DNA of 63,923 nt, the filler included, from Craspedostauros australis (lineage: Eukaryota): the NCBI GenBank assembly GCA_030167865.1. It is 6 parts of 6 records of this genome, joined end to end, with 100 filler letters (N's around TTAATTAATTAA, not from the genome) between each part and the next. Parts side by side here need not be neighbours in the genome. Positions count along the whole stretch, not along the records: positions 25,110 to 35,884 come from JALAGF010005821.1; positions 35,985 to 62,150 come from JALAGF010005823.1; 4 more parts are not named here. One strand, written 5' to 3'. This document shows positions 34,691 to 47,057 of this stretch, piece by piece. The position numbers and the translations under genes are program-made. The notes under the pieces were generated by a model, which ran no database searches, had not been told where the DNA came from, and worked only from the letters and a program-made list of their open reading frames with translations. Each line of letters starts with the position of its first letter. Positions within the stretch are counted from its first letter, which is position 1.

Positions 34691-35884
34691 TGTTGGAAAT
34701 CCGGGGTTAGGTATTAGATTAATCTGTTATCAATCTGTACCAATTTAGAACTGTGAGAACAAACTCCTTGACTCTCCAATTCCAGTTCAGCAGCAAGTGT
34801 AATCTGTAGCAGTTCACCATGATCATGCACTTGTTCATGGTTGCTTTCATCTGCTTCATCAGCTTGCTCTCATGCTCTCTTCTGCAGGTTCATCATGCAT
34901 CATCGTGGTGATTGGCATCTTCTACATTCGAGCAGCATCTCTCATAGACGCACAGGTACCTTCAGCATGGGTCTCAGTCTGATCGATCCCACTTGACCNN
35001 NNNNNNNNNNNNNNNNNNNNNNNNNNNNNNNNNNNNNNNNNNNNNNNNGTATTCCACCTGCGCCATCATCACATACTCACCGGTCATGTTCAATGCATGT
35101 CGCGTCGTCATTCGTGCTCTTGAGCGGATAGGGGCATCGCCTCCGTTTCGCTTTCTCAGAGAAGCGATCCCTTGTCCGTCGATGCGCGTCGACATGTCTG
35201 ATACATATCGACAGTTTCGCCCATAGTCTTGGTTCATGTGCGATTACATCCCTAGAGGTCGATCCATAGGTTCGCCCTCATTACAGCGGTGGTACATGGA
35301 TAGGCTCCATGGTGGGACATGANNNNNNNNNNNNNNNNNNNNNNNNNNNNNNNNNNNNNNNNNNNNNNNNNNNNNNNNNNNNNNNNNNNNNNNNNNNNNN
35401 NNNNNNGTCGAGTTGTGAAGATATTATTGGGAGGTGCGGCAATCATGGGTATCTTGGTAAAAGCGTACCCCCGATTCCTGACACCCTTCCATTGTCGCGT
35501 CGACAATATATCGTTCTTGACTCTGCTCTCTCTTACCCTTCATCACCACCATCCCACTCTCCGTTTCATTAGTCTAATGCTGACCTTGGCTGGATGATAT
35601 CGCCCTTGTGTCTGTCGTAGATCTCCTTCTTCGTGTTCTTGGTGAACCCGTCTGCGATGTTGTCNNNNNNNNNNNNNNNNNNNNNNNNNNNNNNNNNNNN
35701 NNNNNNNNNTTCTCGAATGAAGTGATGTCGTATGTCGATGTGTCTGGTTCGGGCGGATGTGGATGGGTTGGAAGCGATGAAGATTGCTCCCACGTTGTCA
35801 ACCATTACGTCTGCTGGTCTGTGCATCTCCAACCCGATGTCTCTCATCAGTTGGGTGAGGAAGCGGATCTCCTTTCCGGCCTCC
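34691..35884 (-). mobile_element. 3' end of a copia element (family B): RNase H tail, PPT and 3' LTR 34691-35483
   Basis: VDNVGAIFIA, RTRHIDIRHHFIRE and NIADGFTKN. Minus-strand PPT GGAAGGG directly before TGTCAGGAATC...GATTTCCAACA. Confidence 0.88.
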
Positions 35885-37882
35885 NNNNNNNNNNNNNNNN
35901 NNNNNNNNNNNNNNNNNNNNNNNNNNNNTTAATTAATTAANNNNNNNNNNNNNNNNNNNNNNNNNNNNNNNNNNNNNNNNNNNNCTTGGGTCTTTCTTCA
36001 TCTCTCCTGGTCTTGCCTAATCTTGATCTCTGTTTGATCACATATGGATTGATCCGTCTACGTCGACGGGGTGCATGCATCACCCCTGACGATGTTGTTC
36101 TGGATCCTAAGTATTGTTGCCACGTGCTCGATGATGCACTCGGCATGGCTAGACAGGTCAGNGTACCATGACTAANANANAATCTCGATTCCGAGGATCA
36201 CAATGACCGATCCTCTGACGTCATACGATGATGTCAGTGCCTACGTCATGTTCGATGACCGTAGTGACCAAATATCAATCGTGTATCAAGACTCACTCGA
36301 CTATACTCTCAAATCGAGTCGAATCAAAAAATAGTGAATCACGTTTCAGTCATGGGAGATGGGTACCTAATTTCGATCTAGATGTTGATACAATGCGTCT
36401 TCGAGGACTACCCCGAGGGGGATCCTCACGCGGCGTGGAACGTTCTCGCGGAGAAGTTCCGGCCATCCGACGCAGCAACAAAGATCAAACTCAAGCGTCA
36501 ATTCAACAACGAAAAGATGAAGAGAGACTCGGACCCCGACATCTACATTACGCGACTCGAGCTTTTATGCTCACGTCTCCACGATGTCGGATACACGATC
36601 AGTGAAGAAGAGATGATCATGCAGATTCTCAGCACGGTAAGCAACGAGTACAAGACTCACATCGTGAACTTCCATCACCAACTCACGTTCAATCCAGATG
36701 TAGTCACCATCAACGCAATCAGAGGAGTACTCCGAACTGCACACGCCACTCATCAAGGAGGAAAGGCGTACGTCGACGATTTCCAAGACAACACGAAGAG
36801 CAACGACACCGGCTTCACTAGCACCGGTAACTTCAAGGGGACCTGCCACAACTGTGGTATGTATGGTCATAGATCTGCGGATTGCCCCGAACGAAAGAGA
36901 GCGAACAACAAGAAAAACAACAACAAGATGAACGGAAAGCGCAACAACAAGAACAAAGGAAGCGGCTTCAACGGTAAGTGTAACTACTGTGGCATCTTCG
37001 GACACCGCGAGGCGGAGTGCCGAAAGAAGAAGTTCAACGAGAAGAAGAAGGCCGACGAGCAGGCCAACACAACAATGGAAGGACACGACAAGAGCGGCCA
37101 CGAGATGGTACTCTCAGCCAGAGACGCGCCGCTCTGCATGGAGGTGTCCAACAACTACATCGAAGACTCCTTCTTCGATAACTTCGTGTGCGTCGGAAGT
37201 GACGACGAAGTACAGGACGATGAGATCATCCCGGAGTGGCTCAACGACAAGCCAATCATCCACGAGGTGGATCCAAGACGCGAAGTGAGCTATGAATGCT
37301 GCTTCAACGCGAACGACCTGATCGGTCCATACGGTGACGGAGCTGTGATGGGCACTGAGGCCATTGACATCGAAGTCGAAGCGGCCATGAACGCAGAGGA
37401 TGCCGACGCCAACGAGAACGGCACGGATCAAGACAACAACGAGAACGTCTCCGGAGACGAGACGAACGGTGGCAACGTGCTGCCTCCTCCAGCAGCGGGG
37501 AACAACAGAACGGGCATCTTCGACGAAGATGACAGCGATGAAACAGAAGATCATCCAGACGACAGCTTCAACCCAAACGAGCGTGTCGTTTACCCGACGG
37601 ACATCGACTTCCCACCATTCCCGAATCCAAACAACCGGAATGAGCTTCATCGAATCGATACGATCCCATACGCGACAGCAACAGCGATGAGAATGCAGAA
37701 GCATCTTATCTTCGATGCCGTGTCGGCAGTGGGAATGCGAAAGTACCCAGAAATGGAAAGAGGGGTACTCAAGGCAATATGGGTGAACATGATGGGATCC
37801 ATCCTATCCGAGAACTTCAGATCAATCGAAGAGATTCCGCCAACGGGGCGATCATCAATCAGCTATTGGAAGCGGCGGATAC

Positions 37883-38415
37883 TGCCTATTGCCGGCGGAC
37901 GATTGATGTTCATATGATTGCTAATGGTAATGAATGTTGTTGTTGATGATGTAAGATCAAAATTATGATTACTTGAGCTATCTCTCTCCCTTCTGCAGTC
38001 TGCACCTCTTGTCAATCGTATTCATTCATTTCGAGATCATGTTGTTTGTGCCTTATCCCAAACCTGCGCCACTCTCTGTTTGACTTCTCGTTTTGGATGG
38101 AGGTCAGGGTTTGGATGACGATATTCATATGCAAATATTTTTACGATTGAATCTTGACCAATCATTCTTCCAATTGGAGCTTTGACTAATCAGACTTCCA
38201 GTTGGAACCTTGACTCATCCGACTTCAGTTTGAGTCTTGACTAATCTGATTTCAATTTTGATTCACGACTCGTCAGTCTTGATTGACTGTTAACACGACT
38301 CGTAGGTGTGACTGGCAATGTGATTGCTTGGGTGACTTATTGATGACTAGTATCTATTGTGCACAAGTCTAGGTCTTGTGTCATCAATAGTCTATCTAGC
38401 CAGCCGTCTAGGGCA
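37883..38415. mobile_element. 533-bp solo LTR inserted into the copia polyprotein gene
   Basis: TGCC...GGCA termini with 5-bp TSD GATAC (37878-82 and 38416-20); AT-rich interior with degenerate TTGAC repeats. Confidence 0.85.
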
Positions 38416-41400
38416 GATACGGAGACAATCCCAAAGATGGACTTGCATTATACCCTCGGAAGATGCATGCATGTGCTCCTGCGTGAGCGACCACGAGTCA
38501 CACCCTACGATTCAGTCACCGGAACTCATTTGAACAGCACGGTTCCATCGGAGTACGCGGATCCGTACGAAGATAGTGAAGACGATGAAGACATGAACGA
38601 CAACCACAATCCCTACAACGAAGATGGGATTCATGAGGACGAAGAGGACGACCACATCATGGACGACATGGCCGCAGCCGCCATGGAGCAGCTCCACAAG
38701 ATGAGCACCAAGTACAAGGACAAGGTCAACAAGGACACCTGGCTCGCCGACAGCGGAGCTTCGTGTCACATCGTCAATTCGGACGCCGCCCTTTTCAGCG
38801 TGCGGCACATCAAGTCATTCGTCCAAGTGGGAGACAGCTCGAAGCTGGACTCTCCCAAGATGGGATCCATCCGCAAAAAGGTCAAGCAAAGAGACAACAC
38901 TGGCCACATCATCCGGCTTGATGATGTGAAGTACGCACCCAAGATGGCGGTGAACCTTTTCTCTACGAACAAGGCTCTGTACAACGGCTACCAGATGGGT
39001 AGCAACGGAATTCTGATGGACATCATCAACGGATCCGGAACAAAGATCGTGTTTGATCGAGTCTTCCCCACATCCAACGGATTCATCACGGGAGTACAGA
39101 TGTATCCCATCATGCCAACCAACAACGACATGGCTTCGACAGCCATCACCAAGAATCCATCCAAGGAGGTAAGCGTGGCGAACTTCCATAGAATGCTCGG
39201 CCACGCGCCACTCGAGACCATGAAGCGGACTGCCGCTCAATACGGATGGAAAATCATTGGCGAGATGCTGGTGTGTCGCGACTGCGCGGTTGCGAACGCG
39301 AGAGTGAAAAACATCTCGAAGACCAGAATCCCGAGAGCTACTCGCCGCGGCGAGCGCTTCTTCATTGACATTAGTTACACTAAACACATAAGCTTCAGAG
39401 ATAAATGCTACTGGACCCTGATCGTGGACGACTGCATGGACTACTGCTGGAGTTTCTTTCTCAAGAACAAAAGCGACCAACCAGGATACATCAAACGATT
39501 CGTGCAGACGATCAAGTCACAGACAGGTGATCAACAGATCATCTTCCGAGGTGACAACAGCGGAGAGAACAAATCCACGCAGGATACTCTCATCGATGCA
39601 GGACTGAATGTGAAATTCGAGTTCACGGCATCCAACACGCCGCAACAGAACGGTAGAGTAGAACGCAAGTTCGCGTACCTCTACACCAAGATCCGCTCCA
39701 TGCTCAATGGAGCACAACTCGATGAAGAGTATAGGCATGGCCTGTGGGTAGCAGCTGCAAGCACTGCCACCGCCATTGCCGACATCACTGTAGCGAAGAA
39801 TCAGAAGGAGTCACCACATCGCCAATTCTTCGGCAACAATCCACCATATGCAGACACACTCGGCACATTCGGAGAGGTGGGTGTTGTGAAGACTACCTAC
39901 GGTGGGATCACCGCCAAACTCAAGAATAGAGGAGAAGAGATGGTGTTCATTGGATGTGCACACCAACACGCATCAGGGGTCTACAACATGTACAGACCAT
40001 CGACCAAATCACTGGTCTGCTCTCGCGACAACAAGTGGCTCAACCAATCATACGGACAGTTTTGTGGCTGGGCACCAGCACCAAACATATCCAACAAAAC
40101 AGGAACAACAGATGCAGAAGGTTTCACAACCATCGGATGGAAGGGAGCAACGCCAAGGACGACAACGCGTCAAGCGGCTGAGACAAGGAGAGTATCCTTT
40201 GCCGACAGGAACCAATATCATATCCTATCAGACGACGATGAGGAGGATGATGAAGATGATGGAGTAGTAACCCAACTAATCAACAACGACGAAGATCGGA
40301 GCGAATCCGACCCCGAGGATGACGAGGTCCTACCATCTGGCGACGAAGCCGACGATGACACAGGCGTCACTCCTCCGAACACACCAGCGAGGTATACACA
40401 TGACACACCATCAAGACCTCCACCAAGCAAACCAAGCAAGCGTGACATAGCTAGAAAGGAGAGAATCCGACGTCACGAAGCACGAGGCAGGAAGGGAGAA
40501 GCTAATCCCAAGCCGACTGCAGGGAAGAGTATTCCCAGAGCTCTGCGTGAGCTCGCAGACTTCAACAAACGAGGTCGAAAGGAGGAAGGTTATGAGAACG
40601 AATCATCATCCAACAAAGATAGTGACGAACTCAGCCACGAGATAACCGACGAATCCAACAACGAGGAAATCATGGACGAAGAAGAAGAGATCGAGATCAC
40701 TCACCATAGCACAACAGGACTATACGGAATGAATACAATCATCACCGAGTCACCGGCGATCGATATCGGATTGTCGATACAGGACGAGAACAAGGAACCA
40801 GGGAAGCACATCGAACCTACAACGTTCGATGGAGCTTTCAATCATCCAGATCCCATCCATCGAAAGGGATATCGAGCAGCCATCAAGAAGGAATTCGACT
40901 CCATGGATACACGCAAGGTGTACAGCAAGATCAAACGAGACGCCATCCCACGCGGCCGCAGATGCTGCAAATGTAAATGGGTCTTCAAGCTGAAACGCGA
41001 CGGCACACATCGAGCGCGGCTCGTTGCATGTGGCTATTCACAAGTCGCAGGAGTAGACTTCCAAGAGCATTACTCACCCGTCATCCAAGACGTGACCTAC
41101 AGAGTCATGATGGTGATCATGCTGATCAAGAAGATGGACTGCGCACTCGTCGATGTCGTAACGGCATTCCTACATGGAGACCTCGACGAGGAGATCTACA
41201 TGAACTGNCCCAANGGGATGGATCATCAANCAGACGAAGCCCTGACCCTACACAAGCCAATCTACGGGCTTGTGCAGAGCGCCAGGCAATGGTTCAAGAT
41301 GTTGGTATCGACCCTCAAGAACATCAACTTCGAACAGAGCGCGGCAGACCCGTGCTTGTTCTACAGGAAGACGAACGAGGGAAGTATGATCGTGGCCATT

Positions 41401-42414
41401 TACGTGGACGACTGCTTCTGCTGCGGAGACTCCAAGGCATTGGAGACATTCCTGAAGGACATCCAAGGCAGCAAATTCAAGGTAACAATCGAGCGCGGAC
41501 TTGGAGACTACCTCAGCTGCAACATTGAACTGAACCATGACAAGACTAGAGCAACATTGCGTCAACCACATCTCATCCGACATCTCATCGAAGAGTTTGG
41601 AACCAAAGTTGAGAAGATGCAACGCTATGCAACACCGGGAACCCCCGGTCAGATCATCGTACGACCATCCGAAGACAACGGACTACAGAAGGTCGGACCG
41701 GAAGATCATGCCGAATACCGCCGAGGCGTCGGCATGCTACTCTTCCTCATCAAGCACTCGCGACCGGATATCGCAAACCCTGTGAGGAGGTATTGATCGG
41801 GCCAACGAAGGCCGCAATGAAGGAGATGTATCGGATCATCAAATACGTGATCGATACAAAGGACTATGGATTGAAGATCTATCCAGCACGTCCAGACAAT
41901 GACAGCTGGGACATGGAGCTCTTCTGCAATAGCGAATATGCAGGAGACAAGAACACAAGAATCAGCGTAGGAGGGTTCATCCTATACCTGTGCAAGGTAC
42001 CAATCCTTTGGCGATCCAAGGCACAGAAGGCCGTCACACTCAGCTCATCCGAAGCAGAATACATTGCCCTTTCCGAAGCGGCAAAGGAGATCTTCTTCGT
42101 CATGCAGCTACTCGAAAGTGTGGGCGTTCCAGTGAAGACACCGATCAAGGTCCGTGTGGACAACATCGGAGCGATCTTCATCGCCANNNNNNNNNNNNNN
42201 NNNNNNNNNNNNNNNNNNNNNNNNNNNNNNNNNNNNNNNNNNNNNNNNNNNNNNNNNNNNNNNNNNNNNNNNNNNNNNNNNNNNNNNNNNNNNNNNNNNN
42301 NNNNNNNNNNNNNNNNNNNNNNNNNNNNNNNNAGGCCGACTTGCAACGTGAACATGAGAAGTCGTACCTTGACACATCGAGAACATTCGAATGACCGAAT
42401 GCACACAGGAAGGG

Positions 42415-42980
42415 TGCCGAGATATACATGTGAGTATATGTCAAGATGTACGTGTATATGTGCATCGTTCACCCGTTATTCTCTCATACGCACTTGAACG
42501 GTATAACTACATTCGTGTCGATAGTATACTGTGATTCGTCAGAATTACAGTAGAAATGGAAGACACGGAAATGAGCAGAATTTCTGGAGGAAATTTGCAA
42601 TCGACGATTTCTGAGAGAATTAGAACATCGTCCGTCCATCCATCAATGGTACCAAGAGAATCTCGAGGTACTTCCCAACTAAACCTCAGATGACGATATC
42701 ATCTGACAGTCCACTGCATCACCAATGGAACATGACATCTGGAGAGCAGAAGGACGCCTACTGACGTTGACAGGATGTCATCGTGTCACCATGTTGACAT
42801 CTGTCTCCAGGTCAGAGCAGGAGGCGAAGATCCGATGATCGAAGAGCATCAAGATCATGGATACGAGAGGTGAAGTTCAAATGGTGAGTACTCATGGAGT
42901 AGGAACCAGTAGTAAATGAACGGAGTGTCGGTGCGGAGTACGCATCGAACATGGAGTATCGTGTAGTACGAGAACACGAT

Positions 42981-43028
<48 letters not shown>

Positions 43029-43266
43029 CGAAGAGTAGCGAGAGAGGATCTCGCACACCGACTCATAGTCGGTTCATCATCAAGGAACGGAGGACGTTTC
43101 AGAGAGTCAATCTACGAAACAGATTGAAGCGCCGAGAGCATCGGGCAAGAGAACGGGCATACACCGAGAGGATCGGAGTAGCCAAGTAATGAAATAGCAA
43201 ACGAACGACTATCAACCAACACCATCTTCCACGATCGTAGGCTTCCAATCACGGAACTTGCCAACA
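42415..43266 (+). repeat. 3' LTR of family A copia (852 bp) containing a (GA)n microsatellite at ~42984-43025
   Basis: TG...CA termini, preceded by PPT; homologous copies at 8461 and 51169. Confidence 0.88.
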
Positions 43267-43601
43267 GACACTGTGGCACTGCGGACTTGGAGCAGCATCA
43301 GAAACATCATCACAGCTGCACTCATTACAGCATCAATTTGCGCACAAAAATTCGCATCAGCTCATACTGCAACACCTGGAACACCATTCGCAATCGCAGC
43401 AACGGCCACACAACAACAACAGCCAGGCAACAGCATCTCCAGCATCGTGATCACCAATGGCATTGGTACACAGGCCTTTGTACACCAGCATTCGTAGCAG
43501 TCTGTGCGACACCACCTGCAACTGCATTGGCAAAGGCAACAGTTCGACTCCAGCATCAGCATCAGCATCATCAGCAGCACCAGTGTCACGAAGAAAGCAA
43601 G

Positions 43602-44873
43602 ATGCCGTTCACATGGTCTGGTGCCAAGAAGATATTGGAGGAGGAGCTCAAGGCAGGGGCCATCACGAAAGAGATGAAGCCCAAGGAAATCTATGAAAGG
43701 CATGCTGACTTCTCCAACATGAAGTACACCAACTTCCGCAACAACTTGAATCGCCTCCGAAAAAAGTGGAAGAAGCACGAGGAAGATGCCATGGAAGCAG
43801 AGAATGCACTCATTGCTTTCCGCAAAATGGCAATTACGTCGATGCCAACAGGTGTTGGAAATCCGGGGTAGTAGTATAGTCTAATGCTTATTAAACTGTA
43901 CCGTTTTAGAACTGTGAGAACAACATCTTCATTTCTTGCTTCCTCGAAGAGATTGCTCATGATAATAGCAGTAGCTTCCTGTTGTTGCTCCTGTATTCAT
44001 CATTGCAGATCTCCTCCATTGCTCACATCTCATCGTGCATTTCAGGCGCAAATCATCATACATGTTCATGATGATTCCCTTCTACACTCGTACTGTACAT
44101 GCGTGCGGATGTCATGTTTCACTCTCTTCCGATCACACATCCGTTACCTGCTCAGTGCACTCTCCCATGTCGTTCACTCACTTTTCTCACATGTTCACCA
44201 ATGATCACCCTTTGGTCAGAACATGATGTTCTGGCACGATTGATCCAATCCTTCGATGATGTTCCGATCCGCGCTATGTTCTCCTTCGCTGGTTCTCCGC
44301 CATTCACACGATCATGTTCTGAGTTCCGAGCGACTAAGCGTTGTTAGCGCTTTCCCATAGATGTTTGGTCCACCGGTTAACTTCCGTGTTCAAGAACACT
44401 TCGGTGTTCCAGTCTCCCTTTTGCATCCATTGTTCGCCACGCCTGTCCGTTAGTCCTCACGAACACATCATGTCATTCGTCCGTCCGTTGTCCGTCATAC
44501 TCTTGACACACAGAGGAGGATGGCTCACAATCGACTTGGGAGTGAGTCCGACTTTGATAGTTCGGCTTGTCTATATTTGGTATTATGAAAGGGGCGGCAA
44601 TCTAGGATATAGCGACATAATCGCACCCTCGATTCCTGACAAACAGGCAAGCTGAAATGGGATGGTTCTGAAGCTCAGAACGCGATGAGAAGAGACTTCA
44701 AAGATGAACTCTTGAAGTCTCTTACACCCAAGCAACTATATCAAAAGCGGCCATGCTATCAGGAATTCCCTATGGAGCAATTTCGGAAGCACTTTCATGC
44801 AGCAAAACGATCGAAATACGAGTCTTTGTATTGGCAGCAACGCAGAAAGGAAAATCAGAATAGAAAGCGCTAA
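43602..44873 (+). pseudogene. 158-aa basic protein with two internal repeats (W.xA+..L/M...+PK..Y.+..F..FR), interrupted by a solo LTR
   Basis: Joining 43602-43852 to 44648-44873 gives one open frame: MPFTWSGAKKILEEELKAG...MKPKEIYERHADFSNMKYTNFRNNL...PTGKLKWDGSEAQNAMRRDFKDE...LTPKQLYQKRPCYQEFPMEQFRKHF...KR*. Confidence 0.85.
43853..44641 (-). mobile_element. 789-bp solo LTR related to family B
   Basis: Same termini as 34691-35483 (TGTTGGAAATCCGGGG...CGATTCCTGACA); flanked by AACAGG on both sides. Confidence 0.9.
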
Positions 44874-45096
44874 TATAACTATAGCAACAGTCGTCCTGTG
44901 GTGGATGTATCTCGAATCCTGCTTCTACTGGTTGTGGCACGTTTATTGATTGTGTCACATAGCATGGGCAAGAATTTGTTGTTGTGAGCACGTTTGGCAC
45001 ATGATGCGCCTGATTTCGTCGTTGCGCGAATGGAGGTTCAAACGTGGTAGGATCGGCTCATGCGTCCAGACACGAATCAAAGGACCCCAGCGAGTA

Positions 45097-45230
45097 TTCA
45101 ATGAAACTAATCCAGTTTCAATGAAACTAACCTAGTTTCAATGAATCTAACCTCGGTTCAATGAAACTAACCTCGGTTCAATGAAACTAATCCGCTTTCA
45201 ATGAAACTAGTCTACTTTCAATGAAACTAG
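45097..45230 (+). repeat. 20-bp tandem array, 7 copies, TTCAATGAAACTAR plus 6 variable nt
   Basis: Units at 45097, 45117 ... 45217. Confidence 0.95.
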
Positions 45231-45269
45231 AGATACCTAAGATAACGTATATAACGTCCGTGTAACGTT

Positions 45270-45931
45270 CCATGGATGAAGACTCCAGAGTTGGATTTGA
45301 CTTGTCCGCATCGGAGACAGTGTCGAACACGGGATGGGTGGGGCGGAGGACAGGCGTCCACTCCCCAGGCACAGTTTCAACGAATTTACCGTTCCTTGCT
45401 GATCAGCCACACCCAATAACCTCCAAAACAAATAATAAAGGGGAAGGAAGCAGCCACTTCATGGAAGGTGTTCGTTGGGTTCGACGAGGGTGGACTTTGT
45501 GAGGGTCGATCACTCGGTATAATCGAGGGTAGATCACTTGATGTATCCGGGGGTAGATCACTTGGTATATCCGAGGGCAGACCACTCGGTATATCTGAGG
45601 GTAGATCACTCGGTATATCTGTGGGTGTGAAGGTTGGATTTTGTGATGGCCGATCACTGGGGCCATTTGTGGTGGGCTGAGTACTACTGCTGCCCTCTAT
45701 GTTTCTGTTGCTGCTGTTCTCGCCACTGGGGGGGAACGCTACGCCTACTGCAATGGCACCAGCTACACCGACGACCAGGAACACCACCGTAACAACACCT
45801 TTCCAGCTCCATCCTGCCCTCCGAGAAAATGACTTAGGATTCTCATCATCTCTACCGAAGACCCCTGCAACTGCATCTGGAAGATAGATTACATTCTCTG
45901 TGTTATCATCACATGCTGTCTCTTCATCCAT
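45270..45931 (-). pseudogene. Single-pass membrane protein with Pro-Ser (PSDxPS) 12-bp repeats; degenerate 3' part abuts the array element end
   Basis: TM segment GVVTVVFLVVGVAGAIAVGVAF followed by PSDLPSDIPS repeats; the frame breaks downstream. Confidence 0.6.
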
Positions 45932-47057
45932 TGTTGGGTATGGATTTGGCTGCGGCTGCGGCTGTGTAGGTGAGTTTTGCGTCGGTCACACCAGTGACGA
46001 CGATGTGAATGGCACCTGCGCAACTTGGGCTCTCTCTCTGTTTCTCTCAAGATCGTAATTGGTGGTGGTCACGGGAATAGGTTGTTGATGTATTGTGAGG
46101 GTGAGGAAATAAGATGCTCCAAACGATTTCAGGCATGCCAACAAGATCAATGTTGGGCGAGGCAGAGAGAGAAACCTCGCTTCTCTGCAGCAACAATCTC
46201 TTGATCGCACTCATCAGTGAGGTCGTGGTGGCATTTGCACCACGTTTGTCATTTGCATCCGTGACGATGATAGTGGGCAGCTGAGGTGTCAACCATTGGT
46301 AGTGGTGCCCTTTCGTACCGTTTCGTACGCATTGGTGCTGTATCGTCCCCCATCGCACACGCTGTCCTCGTACCACGCACTCTGACACTTATCCTTCTAC
46401 TTCCACAGATGTTCTTTACTTTCACGCACACGGACCAGAACAGCCAAAGCGGTAATACTCGTCTGCTTCTTTGTTTGCATGCTATGATCGCATGCAAGGT
46501 CGCACGCTCGGAAGGCGATGGGCGGAGTGCGAACTACCAACAATACATCAAGGCAGGAGTCGTCAATGCAAACAGAGAAACAGAAGGCAAGGCAGACACA
46601 TCCGCCCCTATTATCGCTTTCTAGGTCGCACCCTCGGAAGGCTATGGGTCAAGCACGAGTAGCAGAAGAGGTCGGTCGGAAGGCAATGCCATGCGAGCAC
46701 ACACCTCTCTACTGTACACTCTAATCGTATCCACCAGCGACCCCCAAAGGCTCCTTCTGAGCGTTGCGTCGATGACCCTTCCAACATGTGCTATGCGACC
46801 ATGTCGGTGACGATGAGAACGATTTCCGAAGAAAGTGAGATGATATATTTGATTTACCGTATATCCCACCCACGACAACAAACAGTCCGACCTTCAGCCG
46901 TCTCATCGACAAAGAAACCAAACGAAAGTCACCAAATTGAGTCTCCGCAAATTGGCGCCAAACAAAACAACACATCGAAACAGACGTGCAGTCACAAGTC
47001 CGTGATTAGACCTCTCTGGACTGCTGAAGGATCGTGCGCGGATACGGCGATGCCAAC

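Larger units (their letters stand above)
36382..43266 (+). mobile_element. Degenerate Ty1/copia element (family A): gag-pol with frameshifts and a nested solo LTR; 3' LTR 42415-43266; 5' LTR not seen
   Basis: Zinc knuckles CHNCGMYGHRSADC and CNYCGIFGHREAEC; WLADSGASCH (PR); RGDNSGE, QQNGRVER (IN); RARLVACG, YVDD (RT); LSSSEAEYIA (RH). Break near 41790. PPT AGGAAGGG then TGCCGAG...GCCAACA. Confidence 0.92.

Noticed and set aside
35985..36390. 5' LTR of the family A copia
   Set aside because: No similarity to 42415-43266; it may be another insertion truncating gag, but its boundaries cannot be supported.
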